A program made the translations under genes and the position numbers. The notes below the pieces were generated by a model. It ran no database searches. It was not told the origin of the DNA and was given only the letters and a program-made list of their open reading frames with translations. A stretch of 64,000 nucleotides of DNA from NCBI RefSeq assembly GCF_009914755.1, contig NC_060927.1, one strand, 5' to 3'. Shown one piece after another: positions 51,201 to 64,000 of this stretch (positions are counted from its first letter, which is position 1; each line of letters starts with the position of its first letter). Origin of the DNA: the human T2T-CHM13v2.0 reference genome, Homo sapiens.

Positions 51201-51949
51201 TGTAAGATGATAATCATGTCAGATCTTTATACCATCTCCTAGGGAAGCAACAAAGTTAACTTTTTCCCTACAGCATTAAACTAGATCCTCAAAGGATTTC
51301 TGCTTCCAATGTAGTATGTGAGAAGGTATAGAAAACCTTCAGTCATAACACCAAGTAAAATATGGGTGGTATAAACATCATACATATTTTTGTAACCTTT
51401 GAATAATTATGGATGCAAGAAAGTCTTGAGAAAATAATTTCCAGAGAATAGAGTCCTGCACAGCTGAGCAGTGAGCTGGAGTAGCTTCTGGAACAAAAAT
51501 TGGACCTGGTTGCAGAGAGATGATGGAGAAGGCAGGCAGGAAACCTAAAACTTTGAGTTTGAGAAGGTAGCCAAGCCACTGGCAACAGTAGGAGCAGGTG
51601 GGAGATACTGGAATCTAGAAAATCTTCTAAACAAAGTAATAATTTGCCTGGCATAACAGAGCTACCTGCCTATCCATTTCTCCAATTTGTGTGAAAAAAA
51701 TAAAGCTAAAATAGGATTAAAAAGAAGAAATAATGCAGAGCAGGTGAGACCCCCAAACTGGGGCTTAGCCCATCATTTCTTTCTCACTTATAAGTGAGAA
51801 TATGTGGTATTTGGTTTTCTGTTCCTGTATTAATTTGCTTAGGTATATGCAGTTGTAAAAATTCACTGTATATACTTAATATCTGTATATGTTATCTCAT
51901 ACAAATATACCTATATTTTGAAATGTTAATTATTATAACATGAAAAGCA

Positions 51950-52180
51950 AAAATGTTTATTTTTTAGAGATATACAGTGGGATATTTGTAGATCAGTGAT
52001 GCACACTTTGAAATTTGCTTCAATGTAACAGAGTATTTGGGAAGTGGGTGGAATCATAGATGAACCAAAAGTGGCCATGAGGTAATAATTGTTGAAACTG
52101 AGGAACTGGTACGTAGAGATTCATCCCATAATTCTTTATTCTTTTATACATTTTAAATATTTCAGTAAACGACTTTTTAA
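51950..52180 (+). mobile_element. L1MC4/5-like 3' UTR fragment
   Basis: ATAGATGAACCAAAAGTGGCCATGAGGTAATAATTGTTGAAACTG...GGTACGTAGAGATTCAT. Confidence 0.65.
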
Positions 52181-52829
52181 AGTTTTTTTTTTTTTGCTTG
52201 AATACTAGCTGGTGTAGAAGACTTGCTATTAAGGATATATATTTAATACACAACAAAATAAAATGATGATACCATCAGAGGCATTGTGGGAACCTAATAA
52301 GATGTAGAAGTGGCATCAGAATTTTGGAAATCCATCTCGTGTTCACTTCAGGGTGTAGAATAATAAATGACTCTATTTATTAACAATCCTTCTCTTATGT
52401 ATGATCTTAAAATAAAATAGTAGTGTCAGAAGTCAATTCAATATAGAATTTTCAATGGCAAATTGCTACTTGACCTAACATGTCAGGTACATGTTAGGTA
52501 AAAATACTCTGATATCCATTGGTTCTTAAACTTTTTCTCTTTTATTACCAAAACAGCTATAAACATGGGGCTTCCCCATTACAAATTAACATCTGAAAAT
52601 ACTGTACACCCGCTCCTTTCCACCACTAATCTGTGCATATGGGTTGAATAAAGTCTCTTTCAGAGTGTAGTCACATATATTCACTCCCATTCTTACCCTG
52701 ATAACAAAATAACAGATTTGAAACTTAACAGGCCATTTCAAACATTTGCTATTCTTTGATGAAATTATAAATTAGAAACTTTTGCAACTTCTGGTTTGGG
52801 TAGTTTTATTTTTCTTACTTAAAAGTTTT

Positions 52830-53850
52830 CTCTTTATTTTTAACATTTTGAAGTATAATATACACATAGAAAAGTGCACAAATAAAAAAACTTCATGAAT
52901 TTTCACAAAGTGAACAACACGTCCATGTAACCATCATCCAGACTGATAAATAGTTCAACTTAGAAGCTTTCAATGTGGTCAGATCTGGTCACCATACTAC
53001 CTACAAGGGTAATTATTATCCTGACTTGCAAAAGTGTAGTTTATTTTTACTCTGTTTAATACTTTTATATTTATGGATCTGTACACAGTGTGACATTTTG
53101 AGTCTGTCTTCTTTTGCTTAACAATATGTGCATTAGGGACTTGTGTATTTAGTGCATAATAATATATTACTCAATCCCATGGTTGTATAGTATTCCATCA
53201 TGGAAATATGTGACTTTATTTATTTCCAGTCAGGGGCTATTATAACTAGTGTTGCTATAAACACCATTGAACATGTATTTGGATAAACATTTATCTGAAT
53301 TTCTATTACATATATACCTGAGTGGAATTACTGGGTCATAAACTATATATATATGTTTAGCCGATCAGTTATCTAATGTAATTATATCAAATTACACTGC
53401 TACTAGTGGTATATGGGAGTTTTGTTTCTTTCACATTTGAAGCAACATTGTATATCACTGCCTTTTTCATTGAACTGTTCTGTGTGTGTAGTGGTATTAC
53501 ATTGTGTGTGTGTGTGTAACACTTTTATTAAGATACAATTGACTTAAAATAATCTGCACATAAAACACACCATTTGTTAAATTTTGGCGTGGGTACTGTA
53601 TGCATCCTTGAAACCATTACCACAATCAAGGTAAAATAATAAATATACTCATTATCCCACAAATGTTTTCTCATGCCCTTTGTAGTTTCTCCCTTCCGCC
53701 ACACCCCCACTCCCACGTCCAGTTTTTTGATTGTTTCAGGCAGAAGGGTAGATCTGATTCCTGTTACTTTTACCTTAGCAAAAGTGAAATTTGCACTGTG
53801 ATTGTAACTTGCACTTCTCTGATGATTAATAAAATTGCATAGTGTTTGAT
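52830..53850 (-). mobile_element. Old L1M (L1ME/L1MB-type) 3' UTR fragments, antisense
   Basis: TTGAAGTATAATATACACATAGAAAAGTGCACAAAT...ATGAATTTTCACAAAGTGAACA...CCATGTAACCATC; second piece TTTTATTAAGATACAATTGAC...GAAACCATTACCACAATCAAG. Confidence 0.75.
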
Positions 53851-54879
53851 GGACTTATTTTTGATAGCATTATCTTTTAGCTTTATTTTGACCATAAAGA
53901 AAAGCATAAATGGAAGAAAACTTGCTATAATCTCTAAGATAGCCACACAGATGGAAAGTTTATCATTTTATTGAATGAGATCATAGCTCAGCTGTCATCT
54001 TCACCTTGTATCAACGTATTTATATTTTATATACATTTATATACTTATCATATTGGGTATCCAAATGTCCCAATGATCTTATAAACAATGCTCTATAGAT
54101 CTCAATTAAAAAATGTGATTAAATGATAAGGCAATGAGTTTCATAGGTCATAACATTTGGGGGTATTTGATTTGGCTACTTACTAACTAGAACTCTTATA
54201 TTCTACTCTTGTTATGAAACAATTGACAAATAAGACCAAAAAAAAAGGAATGAGATAAACAAAAGTCAAAATGTCACCCTTATTAAGCAGATAATGGAGA
54301 AGATGATTTAGATAATTTTGCAATTCTAAACCAAGACTTAGACAGATTGCTGCACTGCATCCAGGCATAACTGGACTAAAGGCCTTTATTCACATGCAGG
54401 TAGGAAAGAGAGTGCGGGTCACACACATCAGACTTTCCCCCTAAAGACAAGAGTTTTATGAAATTCTTTCCTGTCCCCAGGGTAGCTGTGAGTGATAGGG
54501 TGAGAGAGCATTGTTATTGCCAGTGGAACTCAATGAATGGATGAAAACGTTGGAGGTTCCCAAGAGTGAGAAGCAGCTTTTTATTCTTTTAATCCACTGA
54601 TTTAATCACTAAATCTTTGCTTAACTAAGAATGAGACTATCTGGAGATTTCTTTGAAAAGAAGAAAACAGTTCCAAAAAACATAAAATAAGGAGCCAATG
54701 TGGTGTAGTCTATGTGTCTATGTGCACTGCATATTGGAGCTACACTAGGAATATTGATAATATATAAACCATTAATACTTTTCTCCAAGCCTGGAACTCT
54801 TCCCTTGCCATAGACGTGCCTGCTTAGGAAAAGATGTGCTTATTATAATTCAAACTGTAGCAACTGCATCATGATATAA

Positions 54880-55080
54880 TAAAATAGCTTCCATTTAGTG
54901 AGTATTTCCTATGTTCCAGGTATTGGTATCACTTACGTAAAGTACTTTTCGTTAACATTTTATATAGTAGGTATAATTATCCCTATTCGGTAGACATTGA
55001 AATAGACTCATAAATGTTAAGAAAATTGTGCAAGCACATACAGCCAGCAATGGATGAAGCTAAGATTCAAATTCAAGAAT
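54880..55080 (-). mobile_element. MIR SINE
   Basis: AATAGCTTCCATTTAGTGAGTATTTCCTATGTTCCAGG...GTAGGTATAATTATCCCTATT...CAAGCACATACAGCCAG. Confidence 0.75.
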
Positions 55081-56389
55081 GTAAATATGATACTAATCAG
55101 CACATATAAGAAGATGTACAGAATAAGGTGCACAGAGACTCTGGAGTATCACATTGTCCATGAGAAAGGGCAATAAAAAAACATTCTCAGGTCTAATGGG
55201 ACTTGATACCTGAGTGGAGCGATTTTAACTTGACCTTGGAGAGTGACAGCAACAAAGGCATTTAGAAATTTAAAAAAAAATAGCAGTCTTGTTAAAAAGT
55301 AAAAAATAAAACCAAAAAGTCAGCTGGGAATGGCTCCAAAACTTTTAAGAAAATTCCTGCAGCTCTCAGCTTCCAATAGCAATTTGAGGTCCCATTGCAA
55401 ATGACATGTCTCAACATTAATGGCCTTTCTTAGCTTCTTTTCCTCCTTTGGCTTGTTAAGTCCTGGAAGAAACTTGGGTTTTGGAGGGGTATTTGGGTTA
55501 TACTATTAAGGAAAACTAAGTGAATCATAATGGGAAATTCTTGACCTCTTTTACTAGAGGTTTGTTGGAGTATGATTCTTATTCTAGAAAGAAGATTAAT
55601 AGGGGGATTTCTCCTATTACTCCTATGCTCTCAGAGACTTGGGAATTCTAAGGGTCACTTGATTCCTCTTCAGGGACCTACGAAGAGAAGATGTGTAGTG
55701 AAGTGCGTTGAAGACATTATTGCACAGTCTTTTATAGTTATCCTGCTACAAGCAAAGAGATAAAATGGAAATTGTCCCAAGCCTTGTCTCATATAATTTT
55801 ATTTAATCTTTTCTTCTTAAAGAAAGCATAACCAAACACAGTGAAGAGACCTTTAGAAACTTCTATATCTAGTAAGCTGAATTAAGAAATGGTGATTAAA
55901 TAAGTAATATTTATATTATTAGTACTGATCATTAATACTATTATTAATACTGCCCATTTTCTACATCTGCTTACTGGTTATTTTAATCATTTTAGAGTAG
56001 AAATAATAGTTATTGAGCTTAGAAATAGAAGTCAATGGAAATAAAGATCAATTATGGCTTGTCCAAGATTACAAAAATGTAACAGTTGTGAAAGGGTTAG
56101 TTTGGTTTCAGGTAATCTAAGTTGACTATCTTACAAAGTCCTTCATTGGTTATTTACAGGTAGTGATACTCTTTCTATGTGTCCAGAAGCATATGGGACA
56201 CAGTTGCATTTTTAATACATCACATAAATAAATAGTGTAACAGCCACTTTGAAGGTGGTTGAAGGAGAATTAAGGTAAAGAAATTCAGATATAAAGATGG
56301 TTGTAGTGCTCTTTGTTTTAAATTTGAGTATGGTTTCATTCTTACCAATAAGAAAAAAATGTCATTTCATAAAAACTAGTAGAATTTTT

Positions 56390-57080
56390 TTAAATTAAAA
56401 AAGTGTATCTTACAATAATTTAAAAATTTATAGAAAAGTTGCAAAAAATTGGAGTCATATTATACTCTTCATCCTGTGTTATGGGCTTATTTATGTCTCC
56501 TCAAATTTATATGTTGAAATCTTAACTGTTAGTACCTCAGAATGTGACTGTATTTGGAGATAAGGCCTTTAAAGAGGTAGTTAAGGAATAATGAAGTTAT
56601 AAAGGTGGGCCTTAATCCAATATGACTGGTGTCCTTATAAAAAGAAAACTAGGTCACAGTTACACAGACACAGAGACAACCCTGTGAGGACACAGTAAGA
56701 AGTCAGCCATGTGCAAGCCAAGGAATGAGGCCTCAGAAGAAACCAAATGTGCAAACACCTTTTTCTTGGATTTAAAGCCTCCAGAATTGTAAGAAAGTAA
56801 ATTTCTGTTGTTTAAACCATCCAGTGCATGGTAGTTTTTCACGGCAACCCTTGTAAACTAATGTTTCTAGTTTTCTCCAGTGTTAATGCCTTGTATTATC
56901 ATGGTACATTTTAAAAACTGACATGGATACATTACAATTAACTAAATTCCAGACTTCAACTTTCAACAGTTTTTCATTAATGTCCTTGTCCCGTTCCAGA
57001 ATTCAATTCAAGTACCACATTGCATTTAGCTGTCTGATCTCCTCAGTCTTTTCTGGTCTATGGTGGTTTCTCAGTCTTTC
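56390..57080 (-). mobile_element. L1MC-type 3' UTR, antisense, split by MLT1B
   Basis: ATTTATAGAAAAGTTGCAAAA | LTR | CATGGTACATT...CCACATTGCATTTAGCTGTC...TTTCTCAGTCTTTC. Confidence 0.7.
56477..56863 (+). mobile_element. MLT1B-like MaLR solo LTR
   Basis: TGTTATGGGCT...GTACCTCAGAATGTGACTGTATTTGGAGATAAGGCCTTTAAAGAGG...TAATCCAATATGACTGGTGTCCTTATAA...GCCTCCAGAATTGTAAGAAAGTAAATTTCTGTTGTTTAA. Confidence 0.9.
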
Positions 57081-58347
57081 TCCGAAAATTCAGTAGGATT
57101 TTGCCAGTGCAGAAAAACTATATGGAATATAGAAAAGGGGGAGGGTTAGATACGTTGCTTTCAAAAGTAAAGAGAGAAGAAAATGAAGAGGGGAAAGAGC
57201 CCAACTATTATTGTTGGGGAAAAGGGGATGTTTACAAAATTAGAATCTTATCTATCAAAATATATTGTAGGAGAAAGGAACAAATTCTTACAAATTACTT
57301 TGAAAGTTTCATACCTCTAGAAAAAGAGGAGAGTTTGGATTTGTGAAAGCATTTGGATTGTGAAAGATTTGTCCTGGAATTTAAGACATAGCTCTTCTTA
57401 TGTCCTATTTAGACAAAAAAATTATGCAGTTACCCTAATGGCAATTCAATAGGGTGTGAAATCCTGTAACTCTCAGGAATTTCCAGATCATGTCTCTTTT
57501 CCCAGAGGCATGAAAAGACCATTTGATCCTTTACATGTTATTAAGTTGAAGGAAATAAAAGAAGCTAACACTGGAAATACGTCCTCTTTGATAGATTACT
57601 ATTGGAGGAGTTCATTTAGCCACACGAGTCAGTCACTGAAAACAATGGGACTAAAAATTACTTTAATTTATGTCATCTTTAACATTGAAATATAACATCT
57701 TCACTGAACCTGATTGGAAAGCTAGTTCCTGTCTGAGTTTGGAAAGTCTTCACTGCCTTGACACAGTTTAAACTTTATTTGAACCTAAGTCTTGTAAAGT
57801 GTATTTAAAAACACAGAAATGGATATCTCTCACCTGGCTAATGTCTGACCCAATCAATGAGCTTGGAGCATTCTGAATCAATCAGAATTTTGGAAACAGA
57901 AGAAAACTAATTTTAGCTTGATTGACTATAATAGTATATCTTCAACTCTTTCTTTTTTCACATACTTTACATATTGCATCTGTTTAGGGATCTTTCTCAG
58001 TGGAGCAGTATATAAAACAGATGCAGACTGAAGGATGTTAGAAGCACAAAGAAGGTCATGTGCACGACATTCAGCTGAGTACAAAATTCAACATCTGGAA
58101 GAGGTGAGTTTTGATTCCAGTTCTGCCATTGCCTTGCAACATCACTTATGAAAAATCCATCCTTTCTTCTGGGCTCCAAAACCATTTCTTAAGAATGGGA
58201 AGCATCCTGACATAAATTTTATGAGTTGAACACTGAATGAAATAGCTCATCTCAAAAGGAGTGAAAATTCTTACAAAAACAATGTAAACTATTGTTAAAT
58301 TTAGGCTAAGGTACACATAATCTATCTTTAGAAATTTTATTGATATT

Positions 58348-58777
<430 letters not shown>

Positions 58778-59769
58778 TTATTCCTGTTCTGAGGCTTAGC
58801 CATATTGTTAATTCTAACCCTAAATTTGTGCTGTCCCATGTCATCACAAAACCTTTCCTTAATCTGATATTAAAAGTAATATATTTTATTTTAGAAAATA
58901 CACAGTCTTAAAAATTAAATTACCTGTTATCTCCTTGCTCAGATTTAACCTCTTTTAACACTTTGTATTCTTTGTTTCCTTTTTTTGAGTAAATCTGTCT
59001 ATATATAAATAATACATGAGGATATATGTGTAAATGTGACTGTATGTGTGTATCCTACACTTCTCTGGTTAATGCACGCTTTCACTTTTTAAGGCAGCTT
59101 GATTCCAATTTTTTCCAGGCTCTTTAAATTTTTAATGCTATGTCTGTCTCTTCCCTCTCAACACATTATCTCACTTTTAATATTGAGAAATAAGAAGCCA
59201 TCAATTGGGAATTTTCTCAACTTCTTCCCACCAAACCTACAAATTTGGAACATCTTCAACTATCTTTCTATGCCATCCATTTACACTTGAGAACGTGTCT
59301 CTTCCCTTCCACGGACAATAGATTCAACTGTGCATATTCTGAAGAATCTTGTAATTGTTCTTTTAGAGTCTTCCTTTTTAATTAGTTCATTCACATTGGC
59401 ATTTAACTTTTTTTCAGATGTAGAGTGTTATTTCTATGAGTTTCATGTGCATATTGGAGTTATTCATACTCCTCAGTTCATCACTGGCAATCAACAGTTT
59501 CACATTTTGTTCCTTCAAATCCTAATTCTGTTTTTTTTTTTTTTTTTTTTCAGCCAGGACTTGATCCAAACAGCTTATCGACACACACATTCTTATTCTT
59601 GTAAAATATATTAAGTATTTGTGGTGTTGAAAGTTTTTGCCTGAGATTAGAACAAAGGTATTATCAGAAGAATATGAAAATATTAGTTTTAGAACTAGTA
59701 GAGAAAAAACAAAGTGGAGTTTTTGTCTGTGTTACGTGGTCAAATGAACTTCCTTACAGTTTTGTCCAC

Positions 59770-61325
59770 ATATCATCTTGTATTTCTTGTTATTTCTTGC
59801 ATTATCACACAGGGTGGAACCTCTAGTAAAATTCTGAATCACAGTTATTACATTAAACATTCTTACTCTATTCTCGGTCTTGGAGAAAGAACATTTAGTC
59901 TTTCACCGTCACTTATGATAATAGCCCCAGGTTTCTTTGTAGATCCCCCAACTTTTTCTTCAGGTGATCAATTTTCCCTTTTGTTCCTAGTTGAGTGATA
60001 ATTTTCATCAAATTTTTTCAAATTTTGTCCATTGCATTTTCTGCATTTATTAAGAATATTATGTGTTTCTTTCTTCTTAAATCGGTTAATATGATGAAGT
60101 GTATTGACCAGTTTTCTATGTCAAATCTATCATGCATTTAGGGGATAAACCATATTTGGACATGATCTATTTATCATTTTCTGGATAATGGATTTAATAT
60201 ATATTCTGTCAAACAATTTCTTGTCTCCATTCCCAAAGAATATTGATCTGTAGTTTACTTGTGATGTCTTTGTCAAGTTTCATACAGAGTATGTCTGAGA
60301 TCATAAAATATATTGAAATATGTTTTTGTATCTTTCGTTTTCTGCAAAAGTTCGTGTAGAATTGGTATTTCTTCTTTAAATGTTTGTTAGAAGTCACCAC
60401 TTAAGACATCTGGGGCTAGAATTTTTCTTGTGCATTTTATAAACAATTTAATAGCTGTAGGATCTGAAATAATAGCCTCTCCTTTAATCTTTTCCCTCTT
60501 TCAATCTTTTTCTAGATTCTTAAGTTAGAAACTCAGATGATTGACTTGAGATATTTCTTTTTTTCTAATATAATTGTTTAGTAATATTATTTCCTTCCTA
60601 AAAAACTTAACTGCATCTTACACACCTTAATTTGCTATGCTTTGATTTTCATTTAGTTAATTTTTTTCTAATATTTTTCTAATTTTCTTTGTGATTTTCT
60701 TTCATCCATGAGTTATTTTGAAGTTTGTAGTTTAATTTCAAAATACTTGGCAATTTTCCAGATATCTTTTTTATATCAATTTCTAGTTTAAATCAGTTTT
60801 GGTCATAAAACACACTTTTCATTATTTCAGCCCTCTTAAACTGAACAAGATGTGTTTTATGGCCCAGACCTATATATGACCTATATATGTTCTATCTGGA
60901 TGAATATCACATATTTATTTGAAAAGCATGTGTAGGCTATTGTTGTTGGGGGCATTGTTCTATACAGGTTAATTAGATAAACTTTTCTGATAGTGATGTT
61001 AAATTCTTCCATATCCTTACTAAATGCCTATCTACTTTTTGTATTAAGTAGTGAGAGAGGAGGATTAACATTCTCAACACTATTTATGAATTTCTATATT
61101 TCTTCTTTTAGTACTATCATTTTTTGCTTTCTTTATCTTTAAATGTTATTAGGTGCATGAACATTTAAGAATTTTTATATTCTCTTCATGAATAAACCCC
61201 TTTATTATTATAAAATTTTTCTCTTTAACTCTGGGATTGTGCCTTTCTCTGAAATCTTTTGGTTAATATTAATAGGATACTCTATATTTCTTTCAATTTG
61301 GGTTTTCACGGTCTAGATTTTTTAC
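59770..61325 (-). mobile_element. Old L1M ORF2 fragments, antisense
   Basis: GGAACCTCTAGTAAAATTCTGAAT, TGCATTTTCTGCATTTATT, TTTATGGCCCAGA, TGTTATTAGGTGCATGAACATTTAAGAATT. Confidence 0.75.
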
Positions 61326-61326
61326 T

Positions 61327-64000
61327 ATTTTTTATTTTTTTATTTTTAACTTTTAGGTTCACTGGTACATTTATAGCTTTGATAGATAGGTAAACTCATG
61401 TCATGGGGGTTTGTTGTACAGATTATTTCATCACCCAGGTCCTAGGCCTAGTACTCAATAGTTATTTTTTCTGATCTTCTCCCTCTTCCCCTGTTCCACC
61501 CTCAAGTAGGCCCCACTGCCTGTTGTTCCCCTCTTTCATCATTCAGCCCCCACTTACAAGTGAGAACATTTGGTTTTCTTTTCCTGCATTAGTTTGCTAA
61601 GAATAAAGGCCTCCAGCTCCATCCATGTTCCCACAAAAGATATGATATTTTTCTTTCTTATGGCTGCTTAGTATTCCATGGTGTATATGCACCACATTTT
61701 CTTTATCCAGTCTGTCATTGGTGGGCATATAGGTTGATTCCATGTCTTTGCTGTTGTGAATAGTGCTGTAATAAACATTTGTGTGCCTGTGTCTTTATGG
61801 AAGAATAATTTATATTCCTTTGGGTACATACTCAGTAATAGGATTGCAGGGTCAAAGGGTAATTCTGTTTTTAGCTCTCTGAGAAATTTCTACTCTGCTT
61901 TCCGCAATGGTTGAACTGATTTACACTCCCACCAATCTTACCAGCATCTGTTATTTTTTTGACTTCTTAATAAAAGACATTCTGACTGTTGTGAGATGGT
62001 ATCTGATTGTGGTTTTGATTTGGATTTCTCTAATCAACAATATTGAGATTTTTTTTTCATATTATTGTTGGCTGAATGCATGTCTTCTTTTGAAAAATGT
62101 CCGTTCATGTCCTTTGCTCACTTTTGAATGGGGTTATTTGTTTTTTTCTAATAAATGTACTTAAGTTACTTATAGATACTGGATATTAGACCACTGTCAA
62201 ATGCAAAGTTTGCAAATATTTTCTCCATTATGTAGGTTGTCCGTTTACTCTGTTGATAGTTTCTTTTGCTGTGCAGAAGCTCTTAAGTTGCATTAGATCC
62301 CATTTGTCAATTTTTGCTTTTGTTGTGATTGCTTTTGGTGTCACCATCTTGAAATATTTACCCATTTGTATGTTCAGAGTGGTATTGCCTAGGTTGTTTT
62401 CCAGGGTTTTTATAGTATTTTATAGTATTACATTTAAGTCTTTAATCTATTTTGAGTTGATTTTTGTACATGATATAAGGAAGGGATCCAGTTTTAATCT
62501 TCTGCATATGGCTAGCTCATTATCACAGCACCATTTATTCAATAGGAAGTCTTTTCCCCATTGCTTTTTTTTTTTGGCAGCTTTGTCAAAGATCACACAG
62601 TTGTAGGTGTGCAGCCTTATTCGTGGGCCCTCTATTCTGTTCCATTGGTCTATGTGTCTGTTTTTGTACCAGTACCATGCTGTTTTGGTTACTGTAGCTC
62701 AGTAGTATAGTTTGAAGTCAGAAAACGTGATGCCTCCAGCTTTGTTCTATTTGCTTAGGATTGTGTTGGCTATTCAAGTTCTTTTTTTATTCCACATGAA
62801 TTTTAAAATAGTTCTTTTCTAGTTCTCTGAAGAATGTCATTGGTAGTTTGATAGGAATAGCATTGAATCTATAAATTGCTTTGGGCAGTATGGCCATTTT
62901 AATACTGATTCTTCCTATTCATGAACGTGGAATGTTTTTCCATTTGTTTGTGTCATCTCTGATTTCTTTGAGCAGTGTTTCATAATTTTCATTGTAGAGA
63001 TTTTTCATCTCTCTGGTTAACTGTATTCCTAGGTATTTTATTCTTTTTGTGGCATTTGTGAATAAGATTGCATTTCACATTTGGCTCTCAGCTTGGCTGT
63101 TGCTGATGTATAGAAATGGTAGCAATTTTTCTACGTTCATTTTGTATACTGAAACCACTGAAGTTGTTTATCAGCTCTGGGAGCTTTGCGGCTGCAACTA
63201 TGGGGTTTTCTAGACATAGAATCATGTCATCTGCAAACAGTGATAATTTGACTTCCTTTTTTCCTATTTGAATGGCTTTTATTTATTTCTCTTGCCAAAT
63301 TGCTCTGGCCAAGACTTCCAATACTATATTGAATAGGAGGGGTGAGAGAGGGCATCCTAGTTTTGCTTGTTTTGCTTGTTTTGTGCTGGTTTTCAAGGGG
63401 AATGCTTCCAGCTTTTCCCCATTCAGTGTGATATTGGTTGTGAGTTTGTCATAGATAGCTCTTATTATTTTGAATTATATTCCTTCAAAACCTAGTTTAC
63501 TGAAAGTTTTAAACAGGAAGGGATGTTAAATTTAATTGAATGCCTTTTCTGCATCTATGAGATAATCATGTGGTTTTTGTCTATAGTTCTGTTTATGTGA
63601 TGAATCACAATTATTGATTTGTATGTGTTCAACCAACCTTGCATCACACGGATGAAGGCTACTTGATTGTGGTGGATTGGCTTTTTGATGTACTGCTAGA
63701 TTCAGTTTGCAAGTATTTTGCTGAGGATTTTTGCAATGGTGTTCTTCAAGGATAGTGGCCTGAAGTTTTCTTTTTTTGTTGTGTCTCTGCCAGGTTTTTG
63801 TATCAGGATGATGCTGGCTTTATAAAATGAGTTGGGGAGAACTCCCTCCTCCTCAATTTTTTGGAATAGTTTCAATAGAAATGGTACTAGCTCTTCTTTA
63901 GTTCTGTATATTTTCCTCTTAAAACTGCCTTAGCTGTGTCCCAGAGATTCCAGCTTATTGTGTCTTTGTTCTCATTAGTTTCAAATAACTTCTTGATTTT
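61327..64000 (-). mobile_element. L1PA (L1PA13-16-like) 3' UTR and ORF2, antisense, running off the window; internal deletions near 61935 and 63900
   Basis: GGTAAACTCATGTCATGGGGGTTTGTTGTACAGATTATTTCATCACCCAGG...CTCAAGTAGGCCCC; antisense ORF2 (GATAGTTTCTTTTGCTGTGCAGAAGCTC, GTACCAGTACCATGCTGTTTTGGTTACTG, ATCATGTCATCTGCAAAC). Confidence 0.93.

Overview
AT-rich primate (most likely human) non-coding genomic DNA, either intergenic or deep intronic. It is dominated by interspersed repeats: AluJ/S/Y SINEs, MIRs, L2 and old L1M fragments, a near full-length L1PB-type element (31.9-39.2 kb), an L1PA-type 3' part at the right edge, several solo LTRs (MaLR THE1/MST/MLT1, MER54-like, MER4A, an ERVK-class LTR) and DNA-transposon fossils (MER2, MER1B, MER20, MER63, MER91A, a Ricksha MULE with transposase remnants). 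I see no credible protein-coding gene, RNA gene, CpG island or CRISPR array; the ORF track is explained by Alu/L1/LTR remnants or chance ORFs. I cannot support a novel biological system here. The best second-look items are a ~170-bp segment present twice (48.2 and 50.5 kb, one copy interrupting an MLT1 LTR), a three-copy 31-bp hairpin array at 29.9 kb, two candidate lncRNA-type exons and several nested-insertion stacks. Repeat subfamily names come from recalled consensus sequences and boundaries without a visible TSD are approximate; RepeatMasker/Dfam should confirm them.
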